A DNA stretch of 32,738 bases from Candidatus Onthoplasma sp. (GTDB lineage Bacteria; Bacillota; Clostridia; Christensenellales; UBA1242), in contig JAZUAB010000067.1 in the NCBI GenBank assembly GCA_045637745.1, positions 1 to 32,738 of the forward strand, in the 5' to 3' direction. The notes below the pieces were generated by a model. That model was not told the origin of the DNA. It ran no database searches and saw only the letters and a program-made list of their open reading frames with translations. Of the stretch, positions 27,873-32,738 are shown piece by piece. Both the position numbers and the translations under genes were made by a program. Within the stretch, counting starts at the first letter, position 1. The number at the start of each line of letters is the position of its first letter.

Positions 27873-29690
27873 ATGGAATTATTGCAAGAAAAAATCAAAA
27901 ATTTGCCAACCAACCCAGGCGTGTATTTAATGAAAGACAAATACAATAATGTAATCTATGTTGGTAAGGCTAAAAATTTAAAAAAACGTGTAAGTCAATA
28001 TTTTTTGCGTAAGCAAGATATACCCAAGGTACAGGCAATGGTTAGCAATGTGGTTGACTTTGATTTTTTCGTAGTGGCAACTGAGTATGATGCGCTTGCA
28101 CTTGAAAGTAACTTAATCAAGAAATATCAGCCATACTATAACATACTTTTAAAGGACGGCAAGGCGTTTGCATATATAAAGGTTAATTTACGTGAAGATT
28201 TTCCCAAATTTGAAGTTACACGTAAGATTAATAGTAAGGATAAATTTTTTGGTCCGTATTTTGCAGGTATAAGTGCTAATGAAATACTTGATATAATTAA
28301 TTATGCATATCCTGTGCGAAAATGTGGACAATTATTAACTGAAAATGGCAAAGAAAAAAAATCCTGCCTATATCATGATATGCATTTATGTAGTGCGCCA
28401 TGTGCTAAAAAGATAGGCAAAGACGAGTATCATGAAATTGTAAATTCTGCAATCAAGTTTTTAAAGGGTGACACTAAAGAAATTAAAGAGATTTTGACCA
28501 ACAAAATGGAAACCAGTGCCAAGGCGGAGAATTTTGAAACGGCATTAATCTTACGTGATAAAATCAAGATGGTGAATAGATTAAAAGACCGCGTGGTTAT
28601 GCAATTACGTAATAATATTGACCTAGATGTATTTAGTTTGTGTACTAATGGCGAACTTAGTGCCATGTGTGCGGTTGTTATCCGTGGCGGAAAAGTGCAA
28701 GGCGTGCAATCGTTTGATATACTTAATTTTATTGATAAAAATGAAGCATATCAACAATTTTTGGTGCAATATTATACTAATCACGTATATAATGTCGATG
28801 AAATTATTTTGCCTAGTGATGTTGGTGATTTGGATATTGTAAGACAATATATTGAAAATAAACATAACAAAAAGGTAACAATCACTCAGCCGTCAACCAA
28901 TACTGACAAAATGAAACTGCTTAAAATGGCAGAGCAAAATGCATGTTTGCATCTTGAAAAGAATGTGGAAATTAGTAAAAAGAAGATCAATACTTCAATT
29001 GGTGCTGTTAAACAGTTGCAAAAGGAATTGGGTTTAACTCGTGAACCAAAACGTATTGAATGTTTTGATATATCACACACTTATGGTGAATATACGGTAG
29101 CGTCAATGGCTGTACTAATTAATGGCGAAAAGGCAACCAAGCATTATCGTAAGTTTAAAATTAAAAATGTTGATTTTATTGATGATTTTGCTAGTATGAA
29201 CGAAGTGCTAACTAGACGTATGAGTGAGTTGAATGGCGATGATATTAGTTTTTCATCAATGCCAGATTTGATTATTATTGACGGTGGCAAAGGTCAACTT
29301 GGTGTGGCGCTTGATGTTATACAAAAATTTGGTTATAGTAATGACATTATAAGTTTGGCAGAAAGGCTAGAAGAAGTGTTTGTGCCCTATGAAAGTAAAT
29401 CAATATTTTTGCCTAGGGGTAGTTATGGTTTGAGATTATTACAATTGGCACGTGATGAAGCACATCGCTTTGCAATCACATATAATCGTCAACTTCGTAG
29501 TAAAGGTATGTACAAGGGCGGACTCCAAGCCATTAAAGGCGTGGGGCCAACAACGCGTAAAATACTACTTAGCAAATTCCGCACTCTTGAAAACATTAAA
29601 AATGCAACTTTGGAAGACCTACAAAACACAAAAGGAATTTCAATGGCTGTTGCAGAAAATATATACAATGCTTATCATAAGGATATCTGA
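27873..29690 (+). CDS. uvrC: Excinuclease ABC subunit C
   Basis: GIY-YIG motif PGVYLM...IYVGKAKNLKKRV, RIECFDISH, DGGKGQL, RDEAHRFA and a C-terminal HhH region. Confidence 0.97.
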   Translation: MELLQEKIKNLPTNPGVYLMKDKYNNVIYVGKAKNLKKRVSQYFLRKQDIPKVQAMVSNVVDFDFFVVATEYDALALESNLIKKYQPYYNILLKDGKAFAYIKVNLREDFPKFEVTRKINSKDKFFGPYFAGISANEILDIINYAYPVRKCGQLLTENGKEKKSCLYHDMHLCSAPCAKKIGKDEYHEIVNSAIKFLKGDTKEIKEILTNKMETSAKAENFETALILRDKIKMVNRLKDRVVMQLRNNIDLDVFSLCTNGELSAMCAVVIRGGKVQGVQSFDILNFIDKNEAYQQFLVQYYTNHVYNVDEIILPSDVGDLDIVRQYIENKHNKKVTITQPSTNTDKMKLLKMAEQNACLHLEKNVEISKKKINTSIGAVKQLQKELGLTREPKRIECFDISHTYGEYTVASMAVLINGEKATKHYRKFKIKNVDFIDDFASMNEVLTRRMSELNGDDISFSSMPDLIIIDGGKGQLGVALDVIQKFGYSNDIISLAERLEEVFVPYESKSIFLPRGSYGLRLLQLARDEAHRFAITYNRQLRSKGMYKGGLQAIKGVGPTTRKILLSKFRTLENIKNATLEDLQNTKGISMAVAENIYNAYHKDI

Positions 29691-29703
29691 CTTAAAAATT
29701 TAT

Positions 29704-29739
29704 AAAAAACAAGAGGCTTAATATAGCTCTTGTTTTTTT
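29704..29739. terminator. Bidirectional intrinsic terminator
   Basis: aaaaaacaagag...ctcttgttttttt, between convergent genes. Confidence 0.85.
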
Positions 29740-29745
29740 GTAAAT

Positions 29746-30159
29746 CTATAAAGAATATTTTGTTTGAGTTGCTTGATATAATGCTTTAATTTCATCTAAT
29801 GAAACTGCTTGTTTGCCAGTTTGGTCACAGGTTGTATTGTGGAAGTTTACCAACCACTTAAGCATTTCATCATTAGAATTAACAACTCTTCCAATATCCT
29901 CTTTTACAATATTACGACCTTCTTTTGGAGTGCAAACGCAATACTTTTTAATTCCGATGTCATCGTTGATATATTTTGCATTTTTAGTATGGTACTCATA
30001 AACCTTTATTTTAGTGGCGCTATGTAGTTGAGACAAATAGTAATCGTCTCCATTCCTAGCATTGTATACTGCTTGCTCCATATCAAAAGCCTCTAACTGC
30101 TCACTAATAAATTCCTTGTTATTTAATTCTTGCACGATTAATATATAATTATTTATCAT
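29746..30159 (-). CDS. Hypothetical protein (about 137 aa)
   Basis: AAAGGAG SD before ATG 30159; its own promoter and terminator. Confidence 0.75.
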   Translation of the reverse strand: MINNYILIVQELNNKEFISEQLEAFDMEQAVYNARNGDDYYLSQLHSATKIKVYEYHTKNAKYINDDIGIKKYCVCTPKEGRNIVKEDIGRVVNSNDEMLKWLVNFHNTTCDQTGKQAVSLDEIKALYQATQTKYSL

Positions 30160-30183
30160 ATGCAACTCCTTTAATGTATTATA

Positions 30184-30212
30184 ATTATATCATACCATTA
30201 TATAGCTGTCAA
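30184..30212 (-). promoter_or_regulatory. Perfect-consensus sigmaA promoter
   Basis: Minus strand TTGACA-17 nt-TATAAT, with TG extension. Confidence 0.85.
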
Positions 30213-30222
30213 TACCAAATTT

Positions 30223-30251
30223 AAAAACAAACCCCTTAAGGATAGGGGCTT
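30223..30251 (-). terminator. Probable intrinsic terminator
   Basis: Short cccct/agggg stem with a T-rich run on the minus strand, downstream of 30263..30811. Confidence 0.5.
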
Positions 30252-30262
30252 GATTTATATAA

Positions 30263-30811
30263 TTATTTTTTTGTGCAATATTGTTGAATTAGGGTGATTA
30301 GTTCGGTTACATCTTCGCTAATACAACTTAGTTTTAGATATGGCAAGTATTTATCGTTGTAATATAGTATTAATGTTTGAGTTTTTGGGTTAAACATTTT
30401 GTCTACTAGGCTGGTTTTTATTTTGTAGCCTGTAAACTTCGAGTTGTTGGCATAAGTGCAGGCATCTTCATACGCTTTTAACATATAATGTTCGTACAAA
30501 GTATATTCAACTTTGATAAGCGATTTTTTAACTGCAAATATTGTCCATACAATACAACAAAGTATTGTAACAAATGAAATTGTGATTACCCACCAATGGT
30601 TAAATATAAGTATGAAACGTATAAATATCATAATCAGCGCAAACGAAAGCACACTCATAATAATCGCATTGGTTTTGCGATACTTTTCCACATCAACTTT
30701 AACTTCGTGCACCTTTTTGCCTAGCACTGGTGGACATTCGTTGATATGCTTGTGTGGAGTGTGTGTTTTTTGTTGAGTTATATCTTGCTTAATTAAATTA
30801 TTCTTTTTCAT
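30263..30811 (-). CDS. Hypothetical membrane protein (2 TM segments plus a small beta domain, possibly bacterial PH-like)
   Basis: Two hydrophobic helices followed by EYTLYE...IKTSLVDKMF...TLILY; AAGGA SD. Confidence 0.65.
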   Translation of the reverse strand: MKKNNLIKQDITQQKTHTPHKHINECPPVLGKKVHEVKVDVEKYRKTNAIIMSVLSFALIMIFIRFILIFNHWWVITISFVTILCCIVWTIFAVKKSLIKVEYTLYEHYMLKAYEDACTYANNSKFTGYKIKTSLVDKMFNPKTQTLILYYNDKYLPYLKLSCISEDVTELITLIQQYCTKK

Positions 30812-30861
30812 AACTTTTCCTTATGATTAAATTATATCACAAAGTTTGGATTTGTAAATAC

Positions 30862-31950
30862 CTAAACATTAAACTTAAATACGACTATATCACCGTCTTG
30901 CATTACGTAGTCTTTACCGGCGCTTATAATTTTACCCTTTGCACGTGCATTGGCGTAATCGCCCGCTTCGATTAGGTCGTCATATTTGACAACATCAGCA
31001 CGGATAAAGCCACGTTCAAAGTCAGTGTGGATTTTACCTGCCGCTTGTGGGGCTAAGGTGCCCTTTGTGATTGTCCAAGCACGGACTTCCTTTTCGCCAG
31101 CGGTCAGGTAACTGATAAGACCTAGTAGTGAGTAACTTGCTACAATTAGTTTGTCAAGGCCGGAGTGAGATATTCCAAGTTCAGCCATAAATAGTTCGCG
31201 TTCTTCATTACTTAGACTAACAAGTTCTTCTTCAAGGCGAGCACATAGTGATATCATTTCAGCGCCTTCGTTTTTGGCAAGGGCTTCGATTTTTGATAGA
31301 TTATCACGCTGGAAGTCATCAAGGGTGTCGCTAGTGTTGGCTACATATATAATAGGTTTGGTTGTGATTAGGAAAAAGCCGTTGACGATTTTTTGTTCTT
31401 CTTCATCAAAACTAAGTACTCTGGCTGGTTTTTGGTCGGCAAGAGTTTTATAGATTCTATCCAACAACTCTTTTTCCTTAATAGCGGTTGCATCGCCACC
31501 ATGAACAGACTTTTCCACTTTTCCAAGGCGTTTTTGCACAGTTTCGATATCAGCAAGGATTAGTTCCATATTAATGGTTTCAATATCACGGGCAGGGTCC
31601 ACGCTTCCATCAACGTGGATAATGTTATCGTTTTTAAAACATCTAACCACGTGAAGTATTGCGTCCACTTCCTTGATATGACTTAAGAATTTGTTACCAA
31701 GGCCAGCGCCTTCACTAGCACCTTTAACAAGACCAGCAATGTCCACAAACTCGATTTGAGCTGGGGTAACCTTTTGCGTATTGTACATTTTTGCCAACAC
31801 GTCAAGGCGTGGGTCATACACGTCCACAACGCCTACATTTGGTTCGATTGTACAAAAAGGATAATTGGCACTCATTGCGCCAGCTTTTGTAATTGCATTA
31901 AATAATGTGCTTTTGCCTACATTTGGCAATCCTACTACACCTAATTTCAT
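30862..31950 (-). CDS. ychF: Redox-regulated ATPase YchF (Obg family)
   Basis: GVVGLPNVGKSTLFN, ANYPFCTIEPN, DIAGLVKGAS, AGKIHTDFERGFI. The AGGAG SD indicates ATG 31950. Confidence 0.97.
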   Translation of the reverse strand: MKLGVVGLPNVGKSTLFNAITKAGAMSANYPFCTIEPNVGVVDVYDPRLDVLAKMYNTQKVTPAQIEFVDIAGLVKGASEGAGLGNKFLSHIKEVDAILHVVRCFKNDNIIHVDGSVDPARDIETINMELILADIETVQKRLGKVEKSVHGGDATAIKEKELLDRIYKTLADQKPARVLSFDEEEQKIVNGFFLITTKPIIYVANTSDTLDDFQRDNLSKIEALAKNEGAEMISLCARLEEELVSLSNEERELFMAELGISHSGLDKLIVASYSLLGLISYLTAGEKEVRAWTITKGTLAPQAAGKIHTDFERGFIRADVVKYDDLIEAGDYANARAKGKIISAGKDYVMQDGDIVVFKFNV

Positions 31951-32021
31951 AATTCTCCTACATAATATAATATTTTCTAACATATCATACAATAAATTTA
32001 AAAATTAATCAAGGTATTTTT

Positions 32022-32738
32022 ATGTTTTTTATTTATATTCTAATAGGGATTATGCAGGGTTTGACCGAATTTTTGCCTGTTTCTAGTAGTGGGCACATAT
32101 TGTTACTAAGTGAAATCTTTAATGTTGACCTAGATATTATCTTTTTAAGCGTGGTGGCACATTTAGGAACTTTGCTATCGGTTATTATTTGTATGCGAAA
32201 GAGATTAGCATACTCAATCAAGCACCCTTTTTGTAAAACCAACTGGCAATTATTGGTGGCAACGTTGCCTTGTGTGATTGGCGTGTTGCTATTTAATGAT
32301 TGGGTGGACAGATTATATTCAATATATTTTTTGGTGGCGGGATTTTTAATAACGGGTATATTATTGATTGTTGCAGATTTGATAAGAGCAAAAAATCAAA
32401 AATTCGGCTACAAGCACGCCGTGAGTATGGGACTTATGCAGGCGGTGGCAATACTTCCTGGCATTAGTAGGTCGGGTAGCACAATGGCTGTAGGAATGAT
32501 GAGTGGTGCGGACAAAAATGATGCTTGCGAATTTACATTCCTAATGAGTATACCTATAATAATTGCATCGGCAGTGTTTGAAAGTGTTGAAATGTTTACC
32601 ACAGGTGTAAACATTCAAATTTTACCATCAATAATAGTGTTTATAACCTCATTTATATTTGGAATATTATCAATCAAATTAATGTTAAAAGTGCTTAAAA
32701 ATAACAAACTTTATGTATTTAGTATTTATCTATTAGTA
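32022..32738 (+). CDS. uppP: Undecaprenyl-diphosphate phosphatase (BacA/UppP), 3'-truncated; absent from the ORF track
   Basis: Manual translation gives MFFIYILIGIMQGLTEFLPVSSSGH...HLGT...AILPGISRSGST...FTFLMSIP, with no stop before the window end. Confidence 0.95.
   Translation, partial: MFFIYILIGIMQGLTEFLPVSSSGHILLLSEIFNVDLDIIFLSVVAHLGTLLSVIICMRKRLAYSIKHPFCKTNWQLLVATLPCVIGVLLFNDWVDRLYSIYFLVAGFLITGILLIVADLIRAKNQKFGYKHAVSMGLMQAVAILPGISRSGSTMAVGMMSGADKNDACEFTFLMSIPIIIASAVFESVEMFTTGVNIQILPSIIVFITSFIFGILSIKLMLKVLKNNKLYVFSIYLLV

Noticed and set aside
32033-32614. Two minus-strand ORFs at the right end
   Set aside because: Antisense to the uppP frame, which carries the diagnostic BacA motifs.
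1-32738. CRISPR array, IS element, integrase, prophage, retron or DGR
   Set aside because: No regularly spaced direct repeats, and no transposase, recombinase, reverse transcriptase or phage structural motifs seen by eye.

Overview
AT-rich chromosomal window from a low-GC, spore-forming Firmicute, probably Clostridia-like (inferred from gene content). Housekeeping genes: pheS-pheT under a Phe T-box, murB, uvrC, ychF, a CtpE-like P-type ATPase and a truncated uppP. These are interspersed with sporulation and germination genes (gerKA/KB/KC-type receptor operon, spoIIE, a PRC-barrel protein, a ferritin/Mn-catalase-like protein), two very large envelope proteins and several ORFans. No transposase, integrase, CRISPR array, rRNA or tRNA was recognised. 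The most unusual signals are: (i) a tRNA-sized four-way-junction module with UAAN tetraloops inside the pheST leader, upstream of the T-box; (ii) a roughly 150-nt train of hairpins after the giant surface protein, partly resembling pistol ribozyme architecture; (iii) a 1385-aa lipoprotein whose transglutaminase-like domain lacks the catalytic Cys and His, directly upstream of the germinant receptor operon; (iv) several apparently leaderless genes, including under sigmaG-like promoters; (v) a tandem pair of paralogous ORFans. All calls were made by eye, without database searches or folding software.
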